From: Collinsella sp.
Lineage (GTDB): Bacteria; Actinomycetota; Coriobacteriia; Coriobacteriales; Coriobacteriaceae
Assembly (NCBI GenBank): GCA_018382775.1
Contig: JAGZPG010000004.1
Span: forward strand, 75,594-139,593
DNA: 64,000 bases
Direction: 5' to 3'
The notes beneath the pieces are model-generated. The model did not search any database and had not been told where the DNA came from. It worked only from the letters and a program-made list of their open reading frames with translations. Position numbers and translations under genes: made by a program. How positions within the stretch are numbered: the stretch's first letter is position 1; every line of letters begins with the position of its first letter. Positions 40,007-51,687 of this stretch are shown in pieces.

Positions 40007-40882
40007 CTAGCTTTGTTGGGCGCGACGGGCTGCACGGCGGGCCCTGGCTTCTCGAATCTCTTCGAGGTGGGCAATGACCTCGGAGGCACTCTCCTCAATC
40101 GCCTTGCCATCGGTGCGCACCACAAAGCAGCCCAGGCGCTTCATGAGGGCACGGGCCTCCTCGAGCTCGCTGCGCACGCTCTCGGGCTCGGCATAGGAGC
40201 CGGCAACGGCACGGGCGTAATCATCACCCAGGCGGCTATCGCGAATCTCGGAAATCACGTCAACGGTCGAAATCAGACCGAACAGCCGCATCGGGTCGAC
40301 CTCGTAAATCGACTTCGGCGGCTCTATACCATGTGCCAGCGGAACATTGGCGACTTTATAGCCCTGATAGGCCAAATACATCGAAAGGGGCGTCTTGGAC
40401 GTGCGCGATACGCCCAGCAGCACGATATCGGCACCCGACAGATCATCGCACCCGCGCCCGTCATCGTGCTCAACAAAATACTCCATGGCCTCGATGCGAT
40501 GGAAATACCGGTCATCGGTCTTGTGAATCACGCCCGCAACGCCCTTGGGTGCAACGCCAATAAGCGACGAAAGCACGGCGAGTGTCGGGCCGATCAAGTC
40601 GACCGAGCGGATATGCAGCATGCCCAGGTAGTTAAGCACGCGAGCGCGCAGCGCCGGGTCGACGATGGTGTGGAACACGGCGATATCGCGATGGTCGGCA
40701 TCGACGCGCGGTCCCACAAACGACTTGACCTGCTCCACCGAGGTCACCTTGGGCAGGCGCAAAACACGAAAAGCCCCTTCATCAAATTGCCCGGACGCCG
40801 CAAGCACCACCTCACAAGCGGTATCACCGAGCGAGTCGGAGATAACGATAACGGTGGGACGAGCGGTGACCGGGCAATCCAT
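40007..40882 (-). CDS. pyruvate, phosphate dikinase regulatory protein (PDRP; DUF299 bifunctional kinase/pyrophosphorylase)
   Basis: 291 aa with a P-loop-like GVSRTSKTP and the DUF299 architecture. It lies immediately upstream of ppdK, the canonical PDRP-PPDK pair. Confidence 0.85.
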   Translation of the reverse strand: MDCPVTARPTVIVISDSLGDTACEVVLAASGQFDEGAFRVLRLPKVTSVEQVKSFVGPRVDADHRDIAVFHTIVDPALRARVLNYLGMLHIRSVDLIGPTLAVLSSLIGVAPKGVAGVIHKTDDRYFHRIEAMEYFVEHDDGRGCDDLSGADIVLLGVSRTSKTPLSMYLAYQGYKVANVPLAHGIEPPKSIYEVDPMRLFGLISTVDVISEIRDSRLGDDYARAVAGSYAEPESVRSELEEARALMKRLGCFVVRTDGKAIEESASEVIAHLEEIREARARRAARRAQQS

Positions 40883-40916
40883 GCGGGGCTCCTTTTGCGC
40901 TTATGCGCAGGCTAGC

Positions 40917-43013
40917 TTACTTTTTGCGGGCAAGCTCACCGATGTTGGCGATGCCGGAGAACACGGCCTCGAAGCGGTTGAGCAGCTTAAGGCGATTATC
41001 GCGAAGCTGCTCGTCCTTGTCCATGACCATAACCTCGTCGAAGAAGCGGTCGATGGGTGCGCGCAGAGCGGCGAGCGCGGCAAATGCGGCCGGGTAGTCC
41101 TCGACAGCAAGGGCGGCATCGACAGCGGTCTGGGCAGCCTCGGAGGCGTCGGCGAGCGCGAGCTCGGCCTCGCCCATCAGGCTGCGGTCGTACTCCGCAC
41201 CCAGCTCGGGCTTGGAGATGTGCGCGGCGCGGGCATAGGCGGTGGCCAGGTTGTCAAAGGTCTCGGCATCGTTCTTGCGGGCCTCATCGAGGGCGGCGCA
41301 GCGGGCGAAGAAGACCGACGGCGCGATGATGTGCACCGCGGAGACGGCGGCAACGGTGTCGGCCGGAATCTTCTCGTCGCGGGCCATGCTCACCAGGCGG
41401 CCGTGGAAGAAGTCGCGAACCTGCTGGGCGACCTCGGCGGCGTCGAACTCGATGCCCTGCTCGCTATAGAGCTCAAGGGCAAAGTCAATCAGCGACGTGG
41501 GGTCGATCGGCAGACGGTCACGCAGGATGTTGATAATGCCGATGGCGGCACGACGCAGCGCGTAGGGGTCCGAAGAGCCGGTCGGGGGCTCGCCGATGGC
41601 AAAGATACCGGCGATGGTATCGAGCTTGTCGGCGCAGGCCACGATGCAGCCAGCGGTGCCCTCGGGCAACTCGTCACCGGCAAAGCGGGGGCGATAGTGA
41701 TCGCGGATGGCATGGGCGACCTCGTCGTTCTCCCCCATCGCGGTCGCGTAATAACCGCCCATCACGCCCTGCTGGCTTGTAAACTCGACGACGGCGTTAG
41801 ACACCAGGTCGGCCTTGCACAGGTGCGCGGCACGGCCGGCGTCGGCTGCCAGGTGAGCACCCAGGTGTGCCTCGCGGGCAATCGCAAGCGCAAGCTGCTC
41901 AATGCGCTCGGACTTGGCAAGCACGCTGCCGAGCTTCTCCTGGAAGGCGACCTTGGCCAGGCGCTCACGGAACTCGTCGAGGGAGATCTTCAGGTCCTCC
42001 TCGTAGAAGAACTTGGCGTCGTCCAGACGGGCACGCACGACGCGCTCGTTGCCGTCGATCACACGCTCGGCGTTCTCGGGCTTGCTGTTAGAAACGACCA
42101 CGAACTCACGCGTCAGTTTGCCTTCGCCGTCATAGATCGGGAAGTAGCGCTGATTGGTGAGCATGGACTCGCAGATGATCTCGTGCGGGACCTTGAGGAA
42201 CTCCTCATCGAAGGTACCGACGAGCACCGTCGGCCACTCGCAGAGGTTGATGACCTCCTCAAAGACCTTCTTGGGCGTATCGACGTGGCAGCCGGGGCGC
42301 GCAGCCTCAACCTCGGCGATACCGGCAAGGATGGCCTCACGACGACGCTCGGCAGAAAGCACGCCGGCGTCCTCGAGCACCTGCTCGTAAACAGCGGGGC
42401 TGGCGACCACATGGTCACCGGGATCGAGCACGCGATGACCACGCGTGGTGTTGCCACTCGTCACGTCGGCAAACGACACGGGCACAACGTCCTCGCCCAG
42501 AAGGCAGCAGATCCAACGAACCGGACGAACAAAGGTCGCATGCTCGTGACCCCAACGCTGAGAGCGGTAGTTGGGCCACTGCAGGCCGGCGATAGTCTTC
42601 TCGCATAGCGCGGTCAGAATCGGCGTAGCCGGTGCAGAAGGAATATTCTTCTCGGCAAAGACGTACTCGCGACCGTCGGTGTCCTCGCGACGGATCAGAT
42701 CCTCGGCAGCCACACCGCACTTGCGGGCAAAGCCCTGGGCGGCCTTGGTGGCGTTACCGTCAGCGTCGAACGCGATATTTGCCGCGGGGCCGCGCTTAAC
42801 CTCATGGACCTCATCGGTCGCGGTGGCGACGTTGGCCACGAGCGCAGCCAGACGACGCGGGCTCGAGATCACGCGGACCTCGCCATGGGCCAGACCGGCC
42901 TCGTCGAGGCCCTTGGCAATCATGGTGCCAAGCTGCTTGACGGCATTGTTCAGCGGTGCAGAGGGCATTTCCTCCGTACCGATCTCAAACAGGAAATCCT
43001 TAGCGTCTGCCAT
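40917..43013 (-). CDS. glyS: glycine--tRNA ligase beta subunit
   Basis: 698 aa. The N-terminus MADAKDFLFEIGTEEMP is the GlyS signature. Confidence 0.9.
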   Translation of the reverse strand: MADAKDFLFEIGTEEMPSAPLNNAVKQLGTMIAKGLDEAGLAHGEVRVISSPRRLAALVANVATATDEVHEVKRGPAANIAFDADGNATKAAQGFARKCGVAAEDLIRREDTDGREYVFAEKNIPSAPATPILTALCEKTIAGLQWPNYRSQRWGHEHATFVRPVRWICCLLGEDVVPVSFADVTSGNTTRGHRVLDPGDHVVASPAVYEQVLEDAGVLSAERRREAILAGIAEVEAARPGCHVDTPKKVFEEVINLCEWPTVLVGTFDEEFLKVPHEIICESMLTNQRYFPIYDGEGKLTREFVVVSNSKPENAERVIDGNERVVRARLDDAKFFYEEDLKISLDEFRERLAKVAFQEKLGSVLAKSERIEQLALAIAREAHLGAHLAADAGRAAHLCKADLVSNAVVEFTSQQGVMGGYYATAMGENDEVAHAIRDHYRPRFAGDELPEGTAGCIVACADKLDTIAGIFAIGEPPTGSSDPYALRRAAIGIINILRDRLPIDPTSLIDFALELYSEQGIEFDAAEVAQQVRDFFHGRLVSMARDEKIPADTVAAVSAVHIIAPSVFFARCAALDEARKNDAETFDNLATAYARAAHISKPELGAEYDRSLMGEAELALADASEAAQTAVDAALAVEDYPAAFAALAALRAPIDRFFDEVMVMDKDEQLRDNRLKLLNRFEAVFSGIANIGELARKK

Positions 43014-43016
43014 GGC

Positions 43017-43928
43017 TTACGCCACCTCGCCTTCCTGGTCGGCATTCTCGTTGACTCCAGCGACCTCGGCCATATAGGCCTCGCAGCACGCCTTGGCGAC
43101 GGCGCGGACGCGCAGGATGTAGTTAGCACGCTCGACCGCGGACAGCGCACCGCGAGCATCGAGCAGGTTGAAGGCATGGCTGCACTTCATGACGCAGTCG
43201 TAAGCGGGCAGCGGCAGCTTGCGCTCAAGGCAGGAGTGGCACTCAGCCTCGTAATCGTCAAACTTCTGACGCATCATCTCGACGTTGGCGACCTCAAAGT
43301 TGTAGGCGCTAAACTCGCGCTCGTTCTCCAGGAACACGTCGCCATAGGTCATCGGCGTGCCATCGGGCAGATAGCTCCACACCAGGTCGTAGACGGAGTT
43401 GACGCCCTGAGCGTACATGGCGATGCGCTCCAGACCATAGGTAATCTCGACGGGCACAGGGTCGACCTCGATGCCGCCCACCTGCTGGAAGTACGTAAAC
43501 TGCGTGACCTCCATGCCGTTGAGCCAGACCTCCCAGCCAAGGCCCCAGGCGCCCAGGGTCGGGCTCTCCCAGTCATCCTCGACAAAACGGACGTCATGGT
43601 CGTTGGGGTCCAGGCCGATAGCGGCAAGAGACCCCAGGTAAAGCTCCTGGGCGTTGACCGGCGACGGCTTAATGAGCACCTGGAACTGATAGTAGTGCTG
43701 CATGCGGTTGGGATTCTCGCCGTAGCGGCCGTCGGCAGGACGGCGGCAGGGCTGAGCGTAGCAGGTGCGCCACTCGGCAGGACCGAGCGAGCGCAGCGTG
43801 GTCGCGGTGTGGAAGGTACCGGCACCGACCTCGGAGTCATAGGGCTGCATAATGACGCAGCCCTGCTCGCCCCAGTACTGCTGGAGGCGCAGGATGATGT
43901 CTTGGAAGGAAAGCGATGAAGCGTTCAT
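43017..43928 (-). CDS. glyQ: glycine--tRNA ligase alpha subunit
   Basis: 303 aa. [36 protein letters not shown] is highly conserved in GlyQ. Confidence 0.9.
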   Translation of the reverse strand: MNASSLSFQDIILRLQQYWGEQGCVIMQPYDSEVGAGTFHTATTLRSLGPAEWRTCYAQPCRRPADGRYGENPNRMQHYYQFQVLIKPSPVNAQELYLGSLAAIGLDPNDHDVRFVEDDWESPTLGAWGLGWEVWLNGMEVTQFTYFQQVGGIEVDPVPVEITYGLERIAMYAQGVNSVYDLVWSYLPDGTPMTYGDVFLENEREFSAYNFEVANVEMMRQKFDDYEAECHSCLERKLPLPAYDCVMKCSHAFNLLDARGALSAVERANYILRVRAVAKACCEAYMAEVAGVNENADQEGEVA

Positions 43929-43987
43929 GCCTCTAATATCCCCTCGTCGAAACGATTACACGGTTAGGTACTGTACTATAGCGGTTT

Positions 43988-44557
43988 TTAATCGATAGCG
44001 CCGATGCGGTTGAGCGGCCAATAGCGCACAAGCGCCACGGCGATCAAGTCAGAGCGATCGACGGGACCAAAGTAGCGTGAGTCGGCAGAATTTTCGCGGT
44101 TGTCGCCCATCACCCACACACACCCGTCGGGAACGGTGTAGGGATAGCTCACCTGAGCGCCGGGAGCCTGGACCGAAAGCGGCCAGCTCATGCCGGTCGT
44201 GTAGCCCTCGTCGAGCGCCTGGCCGTCAACGACCACCTTGCCGTCCTGAAGGTCGACCGTCTGGCCGGCCGTGGCAATAACACGCTTGACGAGAACATCG
44301 TGCTCGGAGGTGCCATCGGGGTTGTGGAACACCACGATATCGCCTTGGCTGACGGGCTGGCCGAGCTCGAGGCTCACCTTTTGCGCCAAGATCTGGTCGC
44401 CGATCTCGATCGTGGACTCCATGGAGCCGGTGGGCACCACAAAGGGCTCGACCACAAACGAGCGAATCAGGAAGGTAGCGACGAGTGCGATCGCGACGAC
44501 CACGATCCACTCAAACGCACCCTTTAGCACAGAATGCTGCGATGGAACCATTCTCAC
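43988..44557 (-). CDS. lepB: signal peptidase I
   Basis: 189 aa with an N-terminal TM helix, the catalytic Ser box PTGSMESTI and the Lys box (KRVIATAGQTV). It overlaps trmD by 4 nt. Confidence 0.85.
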   Translation of the reverse strand: MRMVPSQHSVLKGAFEWIVVVAIALVATFLIRSFVVEPFVVPTGSMESTIEIGDQILAQKVSLELGQPVSQGDIVVFHNPDGTSEHDVLVKRVIATAGQTVDLQDGKVVVDGQALDEGYTTGMSWPLSVQAPGAQVSYPYTVPDGCVWVMGDNRENSADSRYFGPVDRSDLIAVALVRYWPLNRIGAID

Positions 44558-45312
44558 TCCTCGCTCTGCGAATACGACGCGTCCAGGATCTCCTGCGCGT
44601 ATGAGCGCTCCTCGGGCGTAAGCCGCGCCGTCTCGATCAGGTCGGGACGCCAGCGGCAGGTGCGCTCGATGGCATTCTTACGGCGCCAGGCGTCAACCTT
44701 CGCATGGTCGCCGCTCACGAGCACCGGCGGCACACCCTCGCCGTTGAACTCGGCGGGGCGGGTGTACTGCGCGTACTCGAGCAGGCCACCGTCCTCGGCA
44801 GTCGAGAACGACTCATCGACGTTGCTCATCTCGTCACCAAGGGCGCCGGGAATCAGACGCACGACGGCATCGGCAACGACCATAGCGGGAAGCTCGCCGC
44901 CCGTGAGCACGTAGTCGCCGATCGACAGGCGCTCGTCGGCATACGCATACGCGCGCTCGTCGACGCCCTCGTAGCGGCTGCATACAAACAGCAGACGCTC
45001 GCTTTTGAGCAGGCGCTCGGCCACATGCTGCGTAAAGGGCTCGCCGCAGGGCGTAAAGAACACCACGGTGGGCTTGGGACCCTCGGAGCTAATAGCCTCG
45101 ATGGCCTCGGCGATGGGCTCGACCTTCATGAGCATGCCCTGCCCGCCGCCGTACGGCTCGTCATCGACGGTACGATGGCGGTCGTGCGTCCAGTCACGCA
45201 GGTTATAGGCCTTAAAATCAAAAAGGCCGGCCTTGCGGGCGCGGCCCAAGATCGATGTGGACATGACGGGCTCAAACATCTCGGGAAAGACCGAAAGGGT
45301 CTCGATCAGCAT
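44554..45312 (-). CDS. trmD: tRNA (guanine37-N1)-methyltransferase
   Basis: 252 aa with a SPOUT fold and the TrmD motifs (DDEPYGGGQGMLM, YVLTGGELPA). Confidence 0.9.
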   Translation of the reverse strand: MLIETLSVFPEMFEPVMSTSILGRARKAGLFDFKAYNLRDWTHDRHRTVDDEPYGGGQGMLMKVEPIAEAIEAISSEGPKPTVVFFTPCGEPFTQHVAERLLKSERLLFVCSRYEGVDERAYAYADERLSIGDYVLTGGELPAMVVADAVVRLIPGALGDEMSNVDESFSTAEDGGLLEYAQYTRPAEFNGEGVPPVLVSGDHAKVDAWRRKNAIERTCRWRPDLIETARLTPEERSYAQEILDASYSQSEE

Positions 45313-45322
45313 GTTTTCCTCC

Positions 45323-45844
45323 CTACTTGTCCATATCGATCAAACCGTCCATAACGTGGACGGAAATTGTCCCCTGATCGGGAAGATCGAGCACAACCTG
45401 CTCGATCACGGGAATCAGCACCTCGCCGTACCGATCGCCCTCGACAACCCAAACATCGTTGGCGGGCGTCGACATGATCTCGACAATCGTGCCGAGCAAG
45501 CCAAAGCGCTCGTCGACCACCTCGCGACCCATCAGGTCGGTATAGGCGGCGTCGAGCGAATCGAGCTCAAAGTCGTCACGATTTGCCAGCACGTAGCATC
45601 CGGTGATGCCCTCGGCGGCCGTCAAGTCGTCAATGCCCTCAAACGAGACCAGATCACCATCGCCCGTATCGGTGACGGATACGACCGTGCAAAAACGGTC
45701 GCGCTTGAGCGCCGGTGGCGTCAAGGCGACGCGCATACCCGGCGTCAATACAGAAGGAAGCCCCCGCAGCGGCTGCGCGAGGACCTCCCCCTTCCTTCCG
45801 TGCGTCTTGACCACACGGGCGATGTTTTTGTACTGGGACCTCAA
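45323..45844 (-). CDS. rimM: ribosome maturation factor RimM
   Basis: 173 aa with an N-terminal RimM domain (GRVVKTHGRKGEV) and a C-terminal PRC barrel. Confidence 0.85.
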   Translation of the reverse strand: MRSQYKNIARVVKTHGRKGEVLAQPLRGLPSVLTPGMRVALTPPALKRDRFCTVVSVTDTGDGDLVSFEGIDDLTAAEGITGCYVLANRDDFELDSLDAAYTDLMGREVVDERFGLLGTIVEIMSTPANDVWVVEGDRYGEVLIPVIEQVVLDLPDQGTISVHVMDGLIDMDK

Positions 45845-45848
45845 GGTC

Positions 45849-46094
45849 CTAGCCCAGAACCTCTACCTCGACTGCAGTGTCGAGGCGAGCGGCCAGTGCA
45901 CGGGCGAGCGTGCGAATGGCCTTGATGGTACGGCCACGACGGCCGATGACCTTAGCGACGTCATCCTCGGCAACAGAAACCTCAATCGTGGAGGCGTCGT
46001 CACCATCGATGACCTCGAGGCTCACGGAATCCGGGTCGTCGACGATCTGAACAACGAGATATTCGACGAGATCGGCGATGCGATCTGAGAGCAT
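45849..46094 (-). CDS. KH-domain RNA-binding protein (YlqC/UPF0109 family)
   Basis: It has the VIGRRGRTIKAIR KH GXXG motif and the usual position between rpsP and rimM. The start is taken at the internal Met. Confidence 0.7.
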   Translation of the reverse strand: MLSDRIADLVEYLVVQIVDDPDSVSLEVIDGDDASTIEVSVAEDDVAKVIGRRGRTIKAIRTLARALAARLDTAVEVEVLG

Positions 46095-46136
46095 TGCCTC
46101 ACCCTCGAGCTGTGCAGCGTCAACCTCAGGCACGAT

Positions 46137-46478
46137 TTACTCCTCGGCGCCCTCAGCGGCCTCAGCGGCAGCCTTAGCGGCCTCGGCCTCTTTGGCGAGC
46201 TGCTTCTTGGACTTCTTGACGACGGTCTCGGTCTTCTCACCCTCGTTGGCGGCCTTGACCAGAGCAGCGACAGCGTCGGTGAGCTGAGCGCCCTTGGACT
46301 GCCAGTCGGCGATCTTCTCGAGGTCGAGGTTGATGGTCTTGGGGGCGGTCATCGGGTTGTAGCGGCCAACCTCCTCGATGATACGACCGTCACGCGGGGC
46401 GCGGGAATCGGCGACGACGACACGGTAGTACGGACGCTTCTTAGCGCCGTGACGAGCAAGGCGAATCTTGACTGCCAA
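46137..46478 (-). CDS. rpsP: 30S ribosomal protein S16
   Basis: [25 protein letters not shown] is the S16 N-terminus. A TTG start sits 5 nt after GGAGGAG. There is a C-terminal Ala/Lys/Glu-rich tail. The track ORF is over-extended upstream. Confidence 0.85.
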   Translation of the reverse strand: MAVKIRLARHGAKKRPYYRVVVADSRAPRDGRIIEEVGRYNPMTAPKTINLDLEKIADWQSKGAQLTDAVAALVKAANEGEKTETVVKKSKKQLAKEAEAAKAAAEAAEGAEE

Positions 46479-46679
46479 AGGAAACTCCTCCAACCAAGCA
46501 GCTTTAGGCTGCAACTACAAACAAACAGTTGAACATAATACGCCATCGACGCGGGCAGGTGAAGTCCGTGAGACCAACTTCTTCGGTGTAGTCGAAGGCA
46601 AATCCATATCTTAGACAAGAATTCGCGATTTGCAAGCACATCCACGCACCCCACATGAGCTGCGCGGTATACTCATGCC

Positions 46680-47933
46680 ATGAAAAGACGCGAACATACA
46701 TACGGTTATGAGGATGCTGCGGGCGTCACGCCGCCGCCCTGGACGGGACCGGCGGTGGGCCTCATGGATCTCGATGCGTTTTTTGCGAGCGTGGAGATGC
46801 TCGACCATCCCGAGTGGCGCGGCAAGCCGCTCATCGTGGGTGGCGATGCCGATTCCCGCGGCGTTGTGTCCACCTGCTCATACGAGGCGCGTCGCTTTGG
46901 CGTGCACTCCGCCATGCCCTCGGCCGAGGCACGGCGCCTCTGTCCGCAGGCCATTTGGACGCATGGGCATTTCGATCGCTACCACGAGGTCAGCGCGCAG
47001 GTCATGACGATTCTCGCCGACGAGACCCCGCGCGTTGAGCGCGTATCCATCGACGAAGCCTTTATCGATATCACACCGGGTCGTTTTGCGCCCGAAGACC
47101 CGCTGCTGGTTGCGCGGCGCATCAGTGATCGCGTGGCGGCGCTGGGAGTGACCTGCTCCATTGGCGTGGGCTGCAACAAGACGGTTGCAAAGATCGCAAG
47201 CGAGCGGGACAAGCCGTTTGGGCTGACCATCGTGCGCCCCGGAACCGAACAGCGCTTTTTGGCCGCGCTGCCGGTATCTGCCATGAGTGGCATCGGGCGC
47301 TCGGCCGAGGAACGACTGCGCCGCATGCGCATCTACACGCTCGGCGAGCTGTCACGCGCACCGAAATCCACCTTGGCCTCTATTTTTGGCGTCAACGGCG
47401 AACGCATGCGCCAACGTGCACTGGGGCTTGAAATCTCCGAAGTCACGAGTCTCGATGAAGAGCGCGAGGTCAAGTCGGTCAGCAATGAACGCACCTTTGC
47501 GAACGATTTAACTGAGCGCGGGGACATCGAAGCGGCGATTGCGCTATTGGGAGAGTCAGTGGGACGCCGCCTACGCCGCCAAGGACTAACGGGCGCCACG
47601 GTGACGCTCAAGCTCAAGTATTCGTATGGAAGCGGTCGCTCGGCACAGCGCCGGCTGCCACATCCGACCGACGATGAGAACATCTTTGTGGCAGTGGCGC
47701 TCGAACTGCTCGACAACATCTGGCAGGAAGGCATGCATGTGCGCCTGGCGGGCATCGGCATGAGCGACTTCAACCATCAGGGCGGTATCCAGACCGACCT
47801 GTTCTGCGAAATCGACGACCGCGGAGCTCAATCCAGCGATCGTCGCGACCTCTCCGTCGCCATCGACGCCGTCCGAGACAAGTTCGGCGACACCGCCCTA
47901 TCCTTCGGCCGTCAATCCCGCTTCAACGATTAG
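46680..47933 (+). CDS. dinB: DNA polymerase IV (Y-family translesion polymerase DinB)
   Basis: 417 aa. MDLDAFFASVE (the catalytic Asp motif) is near the N-terminus, with the Y-family core following. A possible alternative start is about 46764. It is plus-strand among minus-strand neighbours. Confidence 0.9.
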   Translation: MKRREHTYGYEDAAGVTPPPWTGPAVGLMDLDAFFASVEMLDHPEWRGKPLIVGGDADSRGVVSTCSYEARRFGVHSAMPSAEARRLCPQAIWTHGHFDRYHEVSAQVMTILADETPRVERVSIDEAFIDITPGRFAPEDPLLVARRISDRVAALGVTCSIGVGCNKTVAKIASERDKPFGLTIVRPGTEQRFLAALPVSAMSGIGRSAEERLRRMRIYTLGELSRAPKSTLASIFGVNGERMRQRALGLEISEVTSLDEEREVKSVSNERTFANDLTERGDIEAAIALLGESVGRRLRRQGLTGATVTLKLKYSYGSGRSAQRRLPHPTDDENIFVAVALELLDNIWQEGMHVRLAGIGMSDFNHQGGIQTDLFCEIDDRGAQSSDRRDLSVAIDAVRDKFGDTALSFGRQSRFND

Positions 47934-48029
47934 TCCCTTAGGCAAAAAGAAAGCCGGGCAGCTGCGAATGGCGCAACTGACCGGCGAACGGTAGAGGGTG
48001 GCTAAAAAAGCCCCAGCCCAAATAAGGCC

Positions 48030-48485
48030 CTAGAGGAGGTCGAGTGGAAGCTGGGGGGCGTCACCCCAGAGCTTTTCGAGGCGGTAGAACTCGCGCGCCT
48101 CGGGAGTGAAGACGTGGACGACAACCGAACCGTAGTCCATGAGCATCCAGGTCTTCTGCTCGCGGCCCTCGATGGAGAACGGATGCTCGCCGCAAGCCTC
48201 GGCAACCTTCTCCTCGATCTCGTCGACGATGGAATCGACCTGGCGGTTGTTGGTGCCGGTAGCGATGACAAAGTAGTCGCACACATCGGAAAGCTCAGTC
48301 AGGTCGAGCACCTGAACGTCCTCGCCCTTCTTGTCGTAGGCGGCCTGCGCGGCGGCGCGGGCGACATCCTCGGCGGCAACACCGCTCGCGGACAGCGAGG
48401 CAGCGGTGCGGTCGGACGTGGCAACGAAACTCTTGTGCTCCACACCTTCAAGAATCTGCTCGTCGGTCATGGTCTCGTCGGCCAT
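48030..48485 (-). CDS. rsfS: ribosome silencing factor RsfS (Iojap)
   Basis: Core DYFVIATGTNNRQVDSIVDEIEEK...WMLMDYGSVVVHVF is diagnostic. It follows yqeK, as is common. Confidence 0.85.
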   Translation of the reverse strand: MADETMTDEQILEGVEHKSFVATSDRTAASLSASGVAAEDVARAAAQAAYDKKGEDVQVLDLTELSDVCDYFVIATGTNNRQVDSIVDEIEEKVAEACGEHPFSIEGREQKTWMLMDYGSVVVHVFTPEAREFYRLEKLWGDAPQLPLDLL

Positions 48486-48512
48486 GGAATACCTCTTTCT
48501 AGACAGCCCGAG

Positions 48513-49121
48513 CTAGCGCAGCTGGGCGTAATGGTTGTAAATCGTAATAGCCGTGGGATAAAGATAACGCCCGGTCTGGATCACATAGACCAGACCCTGC
48601 GCAAAACAGGAGAAGAACAACTCATCGAGTGAGGACTTCCCCACCATCTTGCGCAGCGCATGGGCATAATCGCCGTGGCGGTTAGGTTCGATGGCATCGG
48701 CCACAAAGACCACCATATCGAGCGGCGTCATGTCGCAAGCACCCACGGTGTGACGGTCGACAGCCTGAAAGACCGCCGGCGACAGCTCGGGAAAAAGCTG
48801 CGGAAGCTCATAGGCAGCAACCGGGCCATGCAAAAGCGGCGTCGCGGCAGACGGAGAGCCGGCAATCTTAATGCCATAATGCAGAGCGCGCGTGACCAGC
48901 TCGTCGTTGGAGAGCACTTTGTCCCAGTCATGGATCAGGCCGGCGGCTGCAGCATCAAAGCGGTCGACACCGTATACCTCGGCTAGGTGCAACGCAGTCT
49001 CGGCAACCCCGAGCGAATGCACGTAGCGCTTACGTTTATCCTTCATGCGCACATCGAGCAACTCGTGGATACGCGTCAAGAGCGCGCGCTCGTCGCCCTC
49101 AAACTGATCTTCTACCGACAA
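48513..49121 (-). CDS. yqeK: HD-domain bis(5'-nucleosyl)-tetraphosphatase YqeK
   Basis: 202 aa with the HD motif (HSLGVAETALHLA ... LIHDWDK). It sits in the conserved nadD-yqeK-rsfS arrangement. Confidence 0.8.
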   Translation of the reverse strand: MSVEDQFEGDERALLTRIHELLDVRMKDKRKRYVHSLGVAETALHLAEVYGVDRFDAAAAGLIHDWDKVLSNDELVTRALHYGIKIAGSPSAATPLLHGPVAAYELPQLFPELSPAVFQAVDRHTVGACDMTPLDMVVFVADAIEPNRHGDYAHALRKMVGKSSLDELFFSCFAQGLVYVIQTGRYLYPTAITIYNHYAQLR

Positions 49122-49133
49122 CGTTCTCCCCCA

Positions 49134-49811
49134 TCAATCAAAATCGTCTTGCCCAAGATCGGCATACAGACCGCGTTTACGGATATAGCCGAGCACGGAC
49201 TCGCTCGTAAGATAGCGCACGCTCATGCCGCGAGCAACCCGCTTGCGAATGTTGGTCGAGCTAATCGCCAGCGCCGGAATCTGAATATAGCGAACGTCGA
49301 ACGGCAGCCCCGATTCCTTAATCCGCGCCCGGGCCGTATCGATGTCAAAGCCGGGACGCGTCGCAGCAATAAAGGTTGCCAGTTCGGCAATCTCATCTGC
49401 ATTGTGCCAGGTCACAATATCGATAATCGCATCGGCACCCGTAATAAAGTAAAGCTTCACCTGTGGCGGGTAAAACTCGCGAAGGGCACGCAGCGTATCG
49501 GCTGTGTAGGTGACACCGGCACGATCGATCTCGAAGCGGCTTGCCAAAAAGGCCGGGTTCGCGGCGGTCGCGAGGACCGTCATGGCATAACGGTCCTCAG
49601 CAGGCGTCACCGGTTTGTCGAGCTTAAAGGCAGGAGAGCCGGCCGGCATAAAAAGCACAGCGTCCAAGTCGAGTGACTCGCGAGCCTGCTCGGCAGTAAC
49701 CAAGTGCCCGTAATGAATCGGGTCAAAGGTGCCGCCCATAATGCCGAGCCTAAACTCCTGTCCGTCCTCTATGGGAAGCTCGGGCAGACCGATTCCACCG
49801 CGCAGCGACAT
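49134..49811 (-). CDS. nadD: nicotinate-nucleotide adenylyltransferase
   Basis: 225 aa with GIMGGTFDPIHYGHL (the HxGH nucleotidyltransferase motif). Confidence 0.9.
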   Translation of the reverse strand: MSLRGGIGLPELPIEDGQEFRLGIMGGTFDPIHYGHLVTAEQARESLDLDAVLFMPAGSPAFKLDKPVTPAEDRYAMTVLATAANPAFLASRFEIDRAGVTYTADTLRALREFYPPQVKLYFITGADAIIDIVTWHNADEIAELATFIAATRPGFDIDTARARIKESGLPFDVRYIQIPALAISSTNIRKRVARGMSVRYLTSESVLGYIRKRGLYADLGQDDFD

Positions 49812-49814
49812 GGC

Positions 49815-51323
<1,509 letters not shown>

Positions 51324-51327
51324 CTAC

Positions 51328-51371
51328 AAAAAAGAGGGAGACCCTTGAATCCTAAAACTCAAGTGCCTCCC
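51328..51371 (-). terminator. terminator downstream of rpmA (minus strand)
   Basis: A bipartite stem (GGGAG...CUUGA / UCAAG...CUCCC) is followed on the minus-strand RNA by UCUUUUUUG. Confidence 0.5.
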
Positions 51372-51396
51372 ACATATGTGCTCTATGAAGGGTGAA

Positions 51397-51654
51397 TTAC
51401 GCGTTCGCGAGCGGGCGTACGCTGACCCTGTGCTTGATACCCTTGTGGAACTCAACGGTACCGTCGACCAGCGCGAACAGCGTGTCGTCCTTGCCACGGC
51501 CAACGTTCTCACCCGGGTGGATGTGCGTGCCGTGCTGACGGACGAGAATCGTGCCCGTGGTTACCGTCTGGCCGGCATAGCGCTTCGTGCCAAGGCGCTG
51601 ACCGCGGGAGTCACGGCCATTACGGGAGGAACCGAGTCCTTTTTTGTGTGCCAT
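51397..51654 (-). CDS. rpmA: 50S ribosomal protein L27
   Basis: [22 protein letters not shown] is the L27 N-terminus. Confidence 0.9.
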   Translation of the reverse strand: MAHKKGLGSSRNGRDSRGQRLGTKRYAGQTVTTGTILVRQHGTHIHPGENVGRGKDDTLFALVDGTVEFHKGIKHRVSVRPLANA

Positions 51655-51687
51655 TGTGTATACCTACTCTTTCGTTACGAGTGTAAT

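Noticed and set aside
46515-46679. LexA/Cheo box upstream of dinB.
   Set aside because: No GAAC-N4-GTTC or TCGAAC-N4-GTTCGA match was found. The GAATTCGCGATTTGCAAG segment is only a set of short self-palindromes.
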